64,000 bases of DNA. It comes from Camelus ferus. Its lineage: Eukaryota. The stretch covers positions 34,598,001 to 34,662,000 of the forward strand of contig NC_045696.1 in the NCBI RefSeq assembly GCF_009834535.1, given 5' to 3'. Shown here one piece after another: positions 36,846-50,049 of this stretch; position 1 is the first letter of the stretch, and every line of letters begins with the position of its first letter. The notes beneath the pieces are model-generated. The model saw nothing but the letters and a program-made list of their open reading frames with translations, ran no database searches and had not been told where the DNA came from. The position numbers were made by a program, and so were the translations under genes.

Positions 36846-39610
36846 GTCATCAAGATGGTAGGGTAGGAGGATGTGGAGCTCACCTCTCCCTACAAACACA
36901 TCAAAAATACATCTACATGTGGAACAATTCTGACAGGAAACTAACTAGAAACTAGCAGATCTCTTACACAACCAAAGCTATAAGAAAGATCTCCATGTAA
37001 CCAGGTAGGACAGAAAAACGGGTGTCAGGTTGGGGCATGCACTTCCGGGAGGGATCTCTAAGGAAGATAAGGTCCACATAGGCAGACCCTTGCCCAGGGG
37101 AGGGGCTGTACAGACTCACAATCTAGGCATCTCACTCTTAGAGTCCTGTATAAAGGAGAGAAGCCCCTTTACCTGCTGGAAACTCTGCTGAGACAGATAG
37201 AAGAGCTGGAGAATCCTAGACTCTATTTGTGAGGGGTGAGCCCCTGCTGGCTTGCTAACAATCAGGACAGAGATCCTGGCACTTGTGGCTGCCACCTTGT
37301 TGCACTTCCTAACATGAAGGGGCAAATGTCCTGTACTGATCACTCCAAACCACAGTCTGGTACTAGATCAGGGCAGAGATTGGAGCTAGCTGTGCAGACA
37401 GACAGGCTGCCTGGGGCGAGACCCAGGCAGAACTGCAGAGACCATTGTCATCACACACACAAGGGTGGCAGGGTGAGCCAGACAGACATTGTCAGCATAT
37501 GCACTGGGTGGCACCACAGAATATGCAGTGGCTAAGTGCTGAACCTCAGGCACACAAGCCCAGAGAGAGAACTCGATCTAGGTATGCAGAGACAGCTGAA
37601 AGGGCCTAGGGTGCGACCTGGGTGGAGCCACAGAGCTCAGGTCAGCCTGCATACCAGCCAGGAGTACACAGGGATCTTTTTTCCAGAGAGAGCACCCTGG
37701 CTCCACTTTCCCCAGCTGCAGCTTAGCACTAGATCTGGGGCAGACAGGTCCTGGAAGAAGTCTGCACAGAGGCAGCCCAGAGCTCAGGCAGCAGCACAGC
37801 CGCCTCAATTTCTATAGCCACAATGCTCTGCTCGCCAGCCAGCTCTCCACCACAGCCTTGCACTAGACCTGGGATAAACAGAGAAGGGATGTGACCTTAG
37901 GCTGCTACTGTGTGAAACTACAGATGCCTGTACAGGAGGCACACAGGTTCACCGTGCCTGCACAAGCTTCACTTGCTTCGGCAATCACCTCCTTTGGGGC
38001 AGGGCATACACTCAGGTTCAAAGAAGCTTGGCCAAACCCTTCTTCAGGGCTTCTACTCCAACAGCTGGAAGACTGACTCCATCCCAGACAGCAACGGAGC
38101 AAAGAGGAAGCTGTACCTCACATCCTGTGGTGTGGGCTTTATACACCACACCACCAATCACAACCATCAAGGGGACAAAGGCCAGGACACTGTGAGGAAA
38201 GATGTGGCTGGCATCCATAATGAAACCAGCTTTGCATCAAAAACATTGGACACAAATAGTTTACACAGGGATGTTCCTACATAAAAATACCCCTCCAAGA
38301 CAATAGTGGATAACTGTTTCTCCTATAAAACGTAAAAGCAGAGGAACTACTCCAATTAAAAAACAAGAAAAATCCCCTAAAAGAACAAATAATGACACAG
38401 ACCTCAACAGTCTGCTAGATCACAAGTTCAAACAGGAGGTAATAAAAATGCTAACTGAATTAAGAAAGATTATCAATAGAAAATCAGATCACTATAATAA
38501 GGAACTAGAAACTATAAAGATGAACCAATCAAAATTAGGCAATTCAGTTGCTGAGATTAAAAAAGAAAAGGAATGAATAGCAAACTAAATGGTGCAGAAC
38601 GAATAAGTGATCCAGAAGACAGAATAATGGAAACCATCCAATCAGAACAACAGACAGAAAGACACATGAAAAAAATGAAAGCAATATACAAGATCTATGG
38701 GCTAATATATAAAGGCTGCATAGCTACACAAAATAGGGGTTTCAGAAAAAGAAAGAGAAAAGGGAATTTAAAATGTATTTAAAGAAATTATGGCTGAAAA
38801 GTTCCTAAACCTGAAGAAGGTAACAGATATTCAGGTACAGGAAGCAGCACAGAGGATATCAAACAAGATAAAACCAAACAGATTCAAATGAAATATATAA
38901 TTAAATGGCAAAAGCTAGTGAAAAAGAGAGGATTCTAAAGGCAGCGAGAAAAACAAAGGGCCTTTTACAATGGAACCCCCATAAGGCTATCAGTTGATTT
39001 CTTGGCAGAAAGTTTGCAGACCAGAAGGGAGTGGCATGATATATTTAAATACTAAAAGGGAAAAACCTGTAACATAGAATACTCTACCTAGCAAGATTTT
39101 CATTTAGAATAGGAGAGAGAAAAAACTTATCAGAGAAGCAAAAACTAAAATAATTCAGCATTACTAAACCTACCCTAAAAGATATATTGAAGGATCTTTT
39201 GTAAATAGAAAGTAAGCAAGAATATATAGGAAAGAGAAAACCCCAATAGGAAAGGCAAATATATAGTGAGGATTGAAGACTACTTAAATAAGTCAGCATG
39301 TAGATTAAAAAACAAACAAAAAATTGTAAAAGTGAAACAGAAACGGACTTACAGACATAGAAAATAAACTTATGGTTACCAAAGGTGTGTGTGTGGAGGG
39401 GGGGTTGCTGGGTAAAATAGGAATATGATAACAAATGGTACAAACAAATATATATATAAAACAAATAAGCAACAAGAATTTACTGTACAACACAGAGAAC
39501 TATATTCAATATCTTATACTAACCTATTATGGAAAATAATCTGAAAAATATAGCTGAATCACTTTGCTGTACAGCTGAAACCAATACTATAATCTGATTT
39601 TTTTTTAAAG
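36846..39610 (+). mobile_element. ORF1-only L1 derivative (HAL1-like), copy A
   Basis: ~1.5 kb GC-richer 5'UTR, decayed ORF1 at ~38330-39204 ending TKPTLKDILKDLL-stop, then a jump to the L1 3'UTR at ~39335. No ORF2 and no clear TSD. Confidence 0.75.
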
Positions 39611-39619
39611 GATCCTTGT

Positions 39620-40740
39620 GATGCAAATGAGTAATGGCAAGGGTGGGTGGAAGCAGTAAGACCAGTTAGGAAGCTCTTTGCAGCAAACCAGGTGAGAGAC
39701 GATGGCAGCTTAGACCAAGGAAGTAGCAGTGAAGGTTGTGAGAACTAGTCAGACTCAAGATATTGTTGAGGAAGAGGTGACAGAATTTCCAGACGGCAAG
39801 ACAAAAAGAAGAGACAAGAATGACTCCGAAGTTTCTGGCCTGAGCACCTGAAAAGAAGGAGTGGTAATGAACTAAGATGGAGAAAACAACAGGAGAAGCC
39901 AAAGCGGGGTAAGAATGATGTGGAGAAAGGCTATTTTTGAATAGGCTAATTTGAGATGTTTATTAGATATCTAAGTGGCGATACCAAGTTTGCAGGTGAT
40001 AATGAAATAATACTCCTTGAGCTTCTCAAACGGTGTCTCAAAAACTGCCAGGAAGGCCTGAAGTATGTGCTTGGCAAACAAAGTCCAACTAAAGGTATAA
40101 ATTTGGAAATCACTAGCCTAAAGATGCTATTTAGTGCCATGAAAATAGCTGAGATTATCCAGGTATTAAGGTATGAATTTCAGGACTGAAGAAGTCTAAG
40201 GACTGAGTTCTGGGTCCCTATAGTGTTAAGAGGTCAGGGCAATGAGGAATCAGTAACAGAAATAGATAAATGGTGGACAGTTAGTTATGGAAAAACCTAA
40301 AGGAGAATGGTGTCCTAGGAGGTCCTTGAAGAAACTGTTCCAAGGAGGAAGGAGTGAGCAACTAACTGGTTTAAATGGTAAGTTATTGGTGACCTTGACT
40401 AGGGCCACTTCAGTGGAGTAACAGAGGGTAGAAGCCTGAACTGTACGAGTTCAAGAGAGACTGGAAGGAAAGCTATTGGAATAATAAGCCTTCTTCACAG
40501 GAGTTATACTCTAAAAGGGAGCAGAGAAATGAGACAGAAATTTGAGAGAGCTGTGGGGTCATGGGAGGTTTTTGAAGATGATAGAAAATGTGCATCCTCG
40601 TGGGAAGGATCCAGTAGAGACAGATAAAGCAAAATGCAGAAAAGAGGGGAGAACTACTGACATGATGTCCCAAAATAGTCTAGCAGGCATGGGGTCCAAG
40701 GTACAATGGCAGGATTGGTCTTAGATAGGAGTACAGAGAG
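39620..40740 (-). mobile_element. L2 fragment (its 3' tail probably lies at ~36745-36840, split off by copy A)
   Basis: GGAAGCAGTAAGACCAGTTAGGAAGCT...CCAGGTGAGAGACGATGGCAGCTTAGACC; ATTGGTGACCTTGACTAGGGC. Confidence 0.75.
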
Positions 40741-40769
40741 TTCATTCACATCAATGTAGCACAGGAGGA

Positions 40770-40960
40770 AGCACTATAGTGAAGAATTGAAGAAACAAGC
40801 TTGCCCAGTCACTGGCTATATGACCAGGGGCTGTTATTTTACCTCTTTATGACTCCAGTCTCTTATTTGCAAAATGAGGATAAAAATGGTTCCTGGTGTA
40901 TACTGTTGGAATGAGAATTAAGTTAGTTAATTTATGTAAAGGGCTTAGAATAATTTCTAT
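40770..40960 (+). mobile_element. MIR remnant
   Basis: CACTGGCTATATGACC...CAGTCTCTTATTTGCAAAATGAGGATAA...ATGTAAAGGGCTTAGAA. Confidence 0.65.
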
Positions 40961-40984
40961 TGAACAGTCAGGCCTATGTAGATG

Positions 40985-41195
40985 TGAGCCACATAACAAC
41001 GTGGGCTTGCAATTAGCATCTGAGGTGGGGGGCAGTGTTGTGGAACTGAGCCCTTAACCTGTGGTATATGATGCTATCTGATAGTACCAGAATTGAGTTA
41101 AATTCTAGAACACCCAACTGGTGTTGGAGAAATGTTGTTGGTGTGAGAAAACAAAAAACAAAACACAACCCTCCACACACATTGGAATTGAGTGC
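40985..41195 (+). mobile_element. MER21-like LTR 3' fragment
   Basis: GGGCAGTGTTGTGGAACTGAGCCCTTAACCTGTGG...CAGAATTGAGTTAAATT...ACACCCAACTGGTGT. Confidence 0.6.
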
Positions 41196-41199
41196 AGAG

Positions 41200-41556
41200 A
41201 CTACATAGGCTGCCACATCAAAATACCATGGACTGGGTGACTTTAAAAATAGGAATTTATTTCTCATAGTTCTGGAGACTGGAAGTCCAAGATTAAAGTG
41301 TCAGCAGAGCCAGTGCAGAGGATTACCTCTCCATATTCTCACACAACCTCTCCTTGGTGTGTGTGGGCGGAGAAAGAATGGAATCAAGCTTTCTGGTGTC
41401 TTCTTATGAGAGCACTAATCTCATCATAAGAGGTTCATTCTCATGACATAATCCAAACCTAATTCCTTCCCCAAGGTCCCCACCTCCAAATACCGTCACA
41501 TTAGGGGGAGGGCTTTAGTGTATAAATTTCAGGAGCACACAATTTAGGCCATAGCA
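41200..41556 (-). mobile_element. MLT1A/B-like MaLR LTR
   Basis: AATTTATTTCTCATAGTTCTGGAGACTGGAAGTCCAAGAT ... CACAATTTAGGCCATAGCA. Confidence 0.78.
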
Positions 41557-41701
41557 GATGGGTAGAGAGAGTGGGATTCAGATCACTGGAGTAGAGAAGG
41601 ACAAGAACTGTGTAGTTGTTGGTTATTGGAGTGATCAGCTATGAAATCAGAGGAAAAGTGTTAGAGGAAGTAACAGTGAACCAAGATTAAAAATTCTTAC
41701 A

Positions 41702-44700
41702 GAAGGGGGATCAACCTGGTAGAGTAGGAGGATGCAGAGCTCACCTCTCCCCACAATCACATCAAAAACACATCTACATGTGGAATGACTGTCACAGAAA
41801 ACTAACTGGAAACTGGTAGAAGAACTTCTATACAACCAAAGCTGTAAGAAAGATCTCCACATAACTGATAAGGACAGAAAAGAGAAAAAGGCATTGGGTT
41901 GGGACCTATGCTCCTGGGAGGGATCTCTAAGGAAGAGAATGTAAGACTGGGCACATCTTCACCTTGGGGAGTGAGCAGGCTGAGCCACAATCTGGGCATA
42001 CCATTCCTGGGGTCCTGTGCAAAGAAGACAATCTCCCTTGCCTGCTGGGAAATCTGCTGAGACAGGTAGAAGGGCTGGAGAAGCAAGGAGTGTGCTAGCG
42101 CTGGCTTGCTAACAATCAGGGCAGAAAATCTTGCTTTGGTAGCTGCTGTTTGGCTTCACTTCCCAATCTGAAAGGGTGAACGCCCTGACTACTCACTCCA
42201 CACCACAGTTTGGTGTGAGATATGGGCAAAGATTTGGTCTAGCTACGTAGAGACAGATGGGGTGCCTGGGGTGTGATATGGGTGAAACTGTGGAGGCCAT
42301 TGTAAGCATGCACACGGGGCAGTGGGTCAGTCTAGCCTCAGAACCCATTGCCAACCCCTGCACCACGCAGTGCCACAAGAGGGAGCAGTAGCTAGGTGCT
42401 GAATGTCGGGGCAGACATGCCCTGGACAGGAGTACATAGCAATTCGTTTACCAGTGAGAGCCCTCTGGCTCTGCCTACTCCACTCTGCAGCTTAGCACCG
42501 GGTCTAAGGCAGACAGGACCTGGCAGAATTCTGCCACAGAGGCAGCCCAAATCTCAGTCAGCAGCATAGTCACCTCAATTTCTGCAGCCCCAACACCCTG
42601 ACCCCCATCATAGCCTCCTCCACCCCACAGCATTGCTAGATCTGGGGTAAACACAATAGAAAATGGGACATGTATTTGGGCTGCTTCTGAGTAGAACATG
42701 GACACCTACACAGGCAGCATATAGGTCCTCTGTGACCACACAGGCCTCATCTGCTTCAGTATCCCACCTTTGCGGCGGGCCTCTCACTTGAGGGCAATGG
42801 ATCTTTATTAAACCTGACCCTCGGGGCTTCTGCTCCAACAACTGGGGAGCAGAACCCATCTCCAACAGGGCAGTGACAGCCAGAGCAGAGAGAGCAAATC
42901 ACAGGCTTTAAATCCCCCCACACCAACCACACTCCCTATCAAGAGGATAATGGCCAGCACACTCTGAGGAAAGATATGGCTGGTGTCCATACCAAAACTA
43001 GCCCTTGCAAAAACACTGGACAAACAGCCTACACAGAGATGTTCACACAGAAAAACACCCCTCCAAGACCACTGTAGATAACTGTTTCTCCTAAATTCAT
43101 AAAGACAGAAAGTGAGGTAAAATGAAAAGGCAGAGGAACAACTCTCAATTGAAAAAACAAGAGAAAGCCCCTGAAAGAACAAATAATTAAACAGACCTCA
43201 CCAGTCTACTAGAACTCAAACTCAAAAAGGAAGCAATAAAAACGCTAAATGAATTAAGAAAGACTATCAATAGAAATGCAGATCACTGTAATAAGGAACT
43301 AGAAACTATAAAGAAGAAACAATCAAAATCAGGCAATTCAATAGCTGAGATAAACAATCTAGAAGCAATGAACAGCAGACTAAGTGGCACAGAAGAATGA
43401 ATAAGTGACCTGGAAGACAGAATAATGGAAATCACCCAATCAGAATAGCAGACAGACTGACAAAATCAAATCAAAAGAAAACAAAAAAAACAAAAAACAA
43501 AAAACAAAAAAAAAAGAATGCAACAGATGAGATCTATGTAATAATACAAAATGTGCCAACTTATGCATAATAGGTTTTTCAGAAGGATAAGAGACAGAAA
43601 AGGGGATCAAAAATGTAAATAAATTATGGCTGAAAAATTCCCAAACCTGAAGAAGGTAACAAATATCCAGGTACAGGAAGTACAGAGGGTCCCAAACAAG
43701 ATGAAATCAAACAGACCCAAATGAAACATAATTAAAATGGCAAAAGTTAACAAAAAAGAGAAGATTCTAAAGGCAGCAAGAGAAAAACAAAGAGCCTTTA
43801 TAAGGGAACCCTCATAAGTCTATCAATTGATTTCTCTGCAGAAAGTTTACAGGGCAGAAGGGAGTGGCAAGATATATTAAAGTCCTGAATAGGAAAAACT
43901 TGTAGTGTAAGATACTTTACCTACCAAGATTTTCATTTAGAATAGAAGGAGAGAGAAAAAATTTCTCAGACAAGGAAAAACTAGAAGAATTCAGCAATAC
44001 TAAACCTACCCTAAAAGAAATATCAAAGGGTCTTCTCTAAATAGAAAAGAAGTAAGAATCTATAGGAAAGAGAAAATCACTATACAAAAGACAGATAATA
44101 AAAAAGGATTGAAGGCCACTTAAATAAGCCGTTATATTAAACAATAATCAAAAAATTGTAAAAGTGATTATAGCTATAATTAACAGTAAATGAATAAGCA
44201 TGAAGATGTAAAATAGGACATCAAAATCACAAAATGTGAGGGAGGAGAGTATAAAAATGTGTATCTTTTAGAATGTGTTTGAATTTGAGTGACTACCAGT
44301 TTAAAGTAAGTAGCATTAATTATGTATCAACAAACATGAATCCAAAGTAATTAAATCAAAGCCTACAACAGATTTACAAAAACCAAAAAGAAAGATACTC
44401 AAGATAATACAAAAGAAAATTATCAAACCACAAGAGGAAAAACAAAAAGAAAAAATGAACGAAGAACCATAAAAACAATTGGAAACTAAGGAATAAAATG
44501 GCAGTAAGTGCTGAAAATGCTCATCCATAAAAAGAATGAAATACTCATAGAGAATATTACACTTAGTGAAGTAAGTCAGACAGAGAAAGACAAATACTGT
44601 ACAATATTGTTTATGTGTGGAATCTAAAAAATAATACAAATAAATCTATATACAAAACAGAAGCAGACTCACAGACTAAGAAAACAAAATTACTGTTGCC

Positions 44701-44925
44701 AAAGGAGAAAGGGAGGGGCCAATTAGAAACAAGAATTAACAGGTACAAACTACTACACATAAAACAGATAAGCAACGAGGATTTATTATACAGCACAGGA
44801 AATTATATTCAATATCTTGTAATAACCTATAATGGAATATAAGCTGAAAAACTAACCAAATTACTTTGCTGTACAGCTGAAACTAACACAATAATATAAT
44901 TCAACTATACTTCAATAAAAAAAAT
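41702..44925 (+). mobile_element. ORF1-only L1 derivative (HAL1-like), copy B, bounded by a TSD
   Basis: Perfect TSD AAAATTCTTACA at 41690-41701 and 44926-44937. Decayed ORF1 runs from 43122 (MKRQRNNSQLKKQEK) to 44040 (TKPTLKEISKGLL-stop), followed by a spacer, the L1 3'UTR and an A-tail. Confidence 0.88.
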
Positions 44926-46883
44926 AAAATTCTTACACCAGGGGAGTGGCCAACGATATGTAAATGACTGCAACAAGGAGTGCATTGCTTTGCATAGTCT
45001 GGGGGCTTGAGATTCAGAGCTGAGAGTTTTCAGGGAGGAGTGAGGAAGAATGGTCACTTCCATGCTGACTGATAAGAAAAGATATTTTCTTTCCTACGAT
45101 TCTACTTGAGGAGGCTGCAGAGAAAACAACATCTTCAAGTCAGACCTTGAGCAAGAAAGTCAAGAGAGACTATTCATAGCAGAGGCCCCTTAAGACATTT
45201 ACCAAAAAAGATACTTTATGTAACTTAGTATAAAAAGCTTCACTGGCCTTGGGGGATCAGCAAACCTTAACTTGGGAAGTCTTGGCCTTGCTTTCAGAAT
45301 TATATAAGAATTTCCTTATTGTCTGGCTTCTCTGTTATCAAGAACTAAGTTTCTGGGTATGGTGTGTACCATGTCTTTCTGAACAAGACTTGCCATGTTC
45401 TCCTCACTCACAGCTCTACCACAAGGAATAATATAATTGTGATGAGGGGAGTCATCTATGCCAGGAGAGGCTGCCTGTGCAAGGACTAGAGGGGATGCTG
45501 GGGCGGTTGCCAACAGTGGGAGTTAACGGCTGTGCCAGTGGCTGCAACAAGGAGAAATTTTGCAGGAGTCGTCAAGGGCATCATTGATCCCAGAGAGAAG
45601 AGACACTGAATCAGCCACTTATGTTTTGGCAGGGGGAGGCACTACTGTTATCAGTATCATTCTGTTTCTCTTTCCCAAATTAGTGTTTTCTGGGTTGACC
45701 TTTAATTCCTCTTTATTAATACTATACTGATGATGGACAATGGCTATCTGAAAGGAAGTTCTGGAATGCCACCCTATCTTACACAAATCTAAAAAAACCC
45801 CAAAACAGGGATTTTGCCCATGCAAAATAACCATCATTTTGTTGGAGTAGGATGTATTCTGGAGGAATGGCTAACAATTTAAGTATGAATGGGATTTTAT
45901 AGCTAATCAGGTGGTAGAGATAGGAGAGAAAAGGTTTGTAGGAAGTCAATGTTTAATGGTCTACACAGGATTGGCAAATACTTTATTCCAAACTCCCCAA
46001 CCCTCTTTTACCCCCAACCCATAGTGGACACCAGTAATCAATCTTCTAATTCTTTCCCACTGAGCTCAAAGGAGGTCACACATTCTTGAATATACTTTTT
46101 CCAGGCACCATTCCTAATCAATTGACATTAGAAAAAGGTAAAATGCCGCCATCATCTCAGATCTAGATGTCTTCTGCGCTTCACGGGAAATGCAATCTCC
46201 CTGTTATGTTCTTCAAAGGGGGCCCCCCTGTCCTTGAACCACAAAGTTGGCATTTGTGAGTATGGTCAATTATTCAATAACATTTATTTTATATCTGCCT
46301 ATGAATTTCACTGAGTTTCATGAATGTGGGGTATTTTCTTCACTAGTTTGTAATGTACATATGTTTATATAGTGCCTCTAGTATTGGTAAATGATGATTA
46401 TAGTGATTATATGTAAGATTTGGTTTAATAATTTGAAAACGGTATTTCTAATATAATTATAATATATAAATAGGCTTTTAGTTAGACATTATTTATGTCT
46501 AGCATTTACATATGAATAGATATTTATTTATATTTTTATATTACTCATGATTTCAATAAGAAATTTATCTTGGTAATTTAAATATCTTCAATTAAAATCC
46601 CATTTAATATAAATAATGCATTTCATCATATAATTATATGGTTTAGAGTTTGAAGAGATCTTAAGAAATTATCTATTCCTCTCTAAAAAGTAATGAATAA
46701 ATTCCTTCTATAGAATTTTTTACAGATAGTCACCCCAATTTCTCAGAACATATTCGGTAAGAGGGAGGTCACTATCTCCATAGATAGCTTATTTAATGTG
46801 CAGGCAACTATAATTAAAAATTCTTTCTTTTTTTAAAGCAAATCCCAGATACGTTATTTCACCCTTAAATACTTTAATTAATA

Positions 46884-47946
46884 CAGTAGTCCTCCTTTAT
46901 CCACAGGAGATTCATCCTAAGACTTCTAGTGGGTGCCTGAAACCAGGCATATCCCTGAGTCCCATATATACTGTTTTTCTTATACATACATACCTATGAT
47001 GTTTAATTATAAATTAGGCACAGTAAGAGATTAACAAAAATAGCTAAGAATGAAATAGAACACTTATCACAATATACTGTAATAAAAATTATGTGAATGC
47101 GGTCTTTCTCTAAATATCTTACTGAATAAAATTAAGTGCTTGGTTAAAATGTAAGAGGCATTATCACACGCTGTGAGGGTAACTTTTGCAGTTTGAGGAG
47201 TATCAGCAAAACTAGCCCAAATTTCTCCTGCTTCACAATTTTGTGCTATCTATGAAGGTTAGATACTAGCAACCTTGGCATTCAATTTTCTTTCTTTATT
47301 TAGTTAAGAATGTTCACCTTTTTACTTAAAGGAAGCACCTCATGGCTTCTCTTTGATGTATCCAAATTGCCAGCATCGTTGCTCTTGTGCTTTGGGGCCA
47401 TTACTAAGTAAAAATAGGGTTACTTTAACACAAGCACTGAGATACCATGACAGTCAATCTGATAACTGAGATGGCTACTAAGTGACTAAAGGGTGGAATA
47501 CTCATTTTTTTAGTCTTTTTTTTTAACTGAGTGTAGTTGATTTACAATGTTAGTTTCAGGTGTACAGCAAAGCGATTTGGTTATACATATACACATACAT
47601 ACATACATACATATATATTTTTTCAGTTTCTTTTCCATTATGGAGTTAAGTTCCTTGTGCTATACAGTAGGTCCTTGTTGTTTATCTATTTTATATATAG
47701 TGATGCAAATCTGTAAATCCCAAAGCCTAATCTATCCCTTGTGGGATACTCTTGACAAAGGGATGATTCACCCTCAGAGAGGAATGGGCTGATTTCATCA
47801 TGCTGTTCAGAATGGCACACAATTTAAAACTCAGGTATTGTTTATTCCTGGAATTTTCCATTTAATATTTTTGTAATATTGTTACATGTTGAACTTGGGT
47901 AACAGAAACCTCAGAAATTGGAACCATGGATAAGGGTGGACTACTG
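46884..47946 (+). mobile_element. MER44/Tigger7-type TcMar element
   Basis: TIRs CAGTAGTCCTCCTTTATCC / GGATAAGGGTGGACTACTG, each flanked by TA. Confidence 0.85.
47504..47740 (-). mobile_element. L1 3'UTR fragment nested in the Tigger element
   Basis: T-tail then GTAGTTGATTTACAATGTTAGTTTCAGGTGTACAGCAAAG; TSD-like GTGG(A/G)ATACTC on both sides. Confidence 0.8.
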
Positions 47947-50049
47947 TATTTTTTTTATGGAGGGGGAATTTGCTAACAAAACAATTATACTATTGTTACA
48001 TCTAACAAGATTAGAAAGAATAGATTAAGTAATTATTGAAAAAATTATGGTTGTTTTAGCTGGGTGAGTGGTAAATGGGGATCATTATGCAGACGATTTT
48101 TAAACTTGTTTAGAAATTTTCCTAAAGAAATTATTTAAAAATACATATAGAAGTAACATACATATTTTATAAAAATCTTGTGTTGAATGGAAATCTGCCA
48201 CTTTGTAATTTGAACCCATTTCACCCACCAGAGCAGTGGCTCTCGGCCTTTAGTGTGTATTTATATTATCTGGAGGGCTTGTTGTAACACAGATCGCTGC
48301 CTCCCTCATAGCCCCTCAAGAAATGTGCATTTCATTGTTCTGTGGTAAAACTGATGTCTAGGGATTCATTTTGAAAATCTTTGACCCATGTTAAATCTAT
48401 TAGAGCCCAAGGCTATGGTCCTAGTTACCTGAAGACATAATTACTAAGAGCCATAGGGGTATAAAACATTAGGATTTGAAGAAATGGGTGGCAAGTCCGC
48501 TTCTATGTCATGTACTTGACACTTCATGCTTCACCGCTTTACGCTTCTAAATATAAACACACAGGAACCTTACACAACCTGCCCACCTGAATTGAGCTTT
48601 TGACTAGATAGAAAAATGAATATGTGAATATATGTCTTTTACCATGCAGATGAGAGTTTAGAATTTTTTATTGATAAAGGAAAACTCAATTATCCTAATA
48701 CCTGAGTTCAGCTGGGATAAATAAATAGTTGTGCGGGCATGGTAAAATCTTCCCTGATTGACAAGGGGCCTATAATCATCTCAGTGCCTGTTACATTTGC
48801 TAACACTTTACTCCTAGAAACTCATTTACTCAGCCTTGAGGATACAGGTGAAAGTATAATCCAGGAATGATATGTGTATTTTTCACTTATATATGACATA
48901 TAGGGTTGAAGAAAGTCTTCCCTTCATAATAGCCTTGGATCAGCAACCTGAAGGAATTAACTTTACTCATAATTGGCAAAGCATATAAAATGCTACCGTT
49001 AGGAATCATTTGGGATGAGGAGGGATGAGGACAACAAGGAAACTGGTTTCCTCATCAGATAGGTATTGAGCACTGTCTGTGTGTAAGATACTGTGTTAGG
49101 TATGTGCAGTGTGCAAAAATGAAAAGACATAACTCTAGCTTTCATGTTACCAGTGAGTAAGCAAGAGATTATATGTATACGAGGAAACTTCCAATTATCC
49201 TCCATGCCTGGAGAGTTCCACGAAAGATGCTGGTTACCAAATTTAAAATGTGCTCAATATCTGAAAATAAAGCTATCAGATATTCTTAATTCTACTTAAT
49301 TCTCTCCTGTCACATCTAAGCTTCTGGAAACCATACTCTGTTTCCTTTTATTCATGTCACTTTTATTTAACCTACTGCAATTTGTCTTCTGTTCAAACTA
49401 TTCCACTGAAAATTCCTCTCAACAAGATCATTGGTGACCATTCTAACTGCAAATTAAAAAGAAAAAAGTTGAGGGTTTTTTTTTTTTTTTGTTGTTGTTA
49501 GCTCTTTTTTGCTGACTTAATAGAGCTGGAATTTCCTTGAAACTTTTTATTCCCTTGAAATCTATGACATCCTGCTCTCCTAATTCTTTTACTCTAGGTA
49601 AATATAGTAAGTGATACCTTAATGACATAAACCTAACCTGTTTAATTCATTTTATTTTTATATCACCCAAAGCTTGAAACATTACAGGTTTGGTGTCCTC
49701 CAGGAGAAATTAGGCCAGCCAGCCATAAATCTTCCACAGCAGTTGTATTACAGACAGTTTCTTTATGTTAGTATTCTTTAATGGTAGTATGGGGGAGAAA
49801 AAAAATTGTAGGATGTATGTATATTCTAAAGGAATTTATAATCTAGTGGATGCTATGTAATAAAATAATGATACTATTAGGAAGTTAAAGGTACAAGCTA
49901 TAAAGGAAGTAGCAAGTACTATTTAGAGTTTCTTTTCTGGAAATATGATCAACAAGATATTTAAAATCCTCTAGTTTCTTAGGAGGATGATAGAGATATT
50001 GATTAACTTACGAATTTATGTAATTTTACATGTTACAATTTTAAAAGTG

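Noticed and set aside
42475..43182. Antisense ORFs in the L1 5'UTR (ORF0-like)
   Set aside because: The frames are not maintained in paralogous copy A, and the element is decayed.
26096..44925. All five younger L1-type inserts on the + strand, suggesting a hidden host transcript
   Set aside because: The sample is too small, and a minus-strand copy lies at 47504-47740.
46380..46640. Extremely AT-rich stretch (also 51430-51540)
   Set aside because: Low-complexity sequence with no defined structure or motif.
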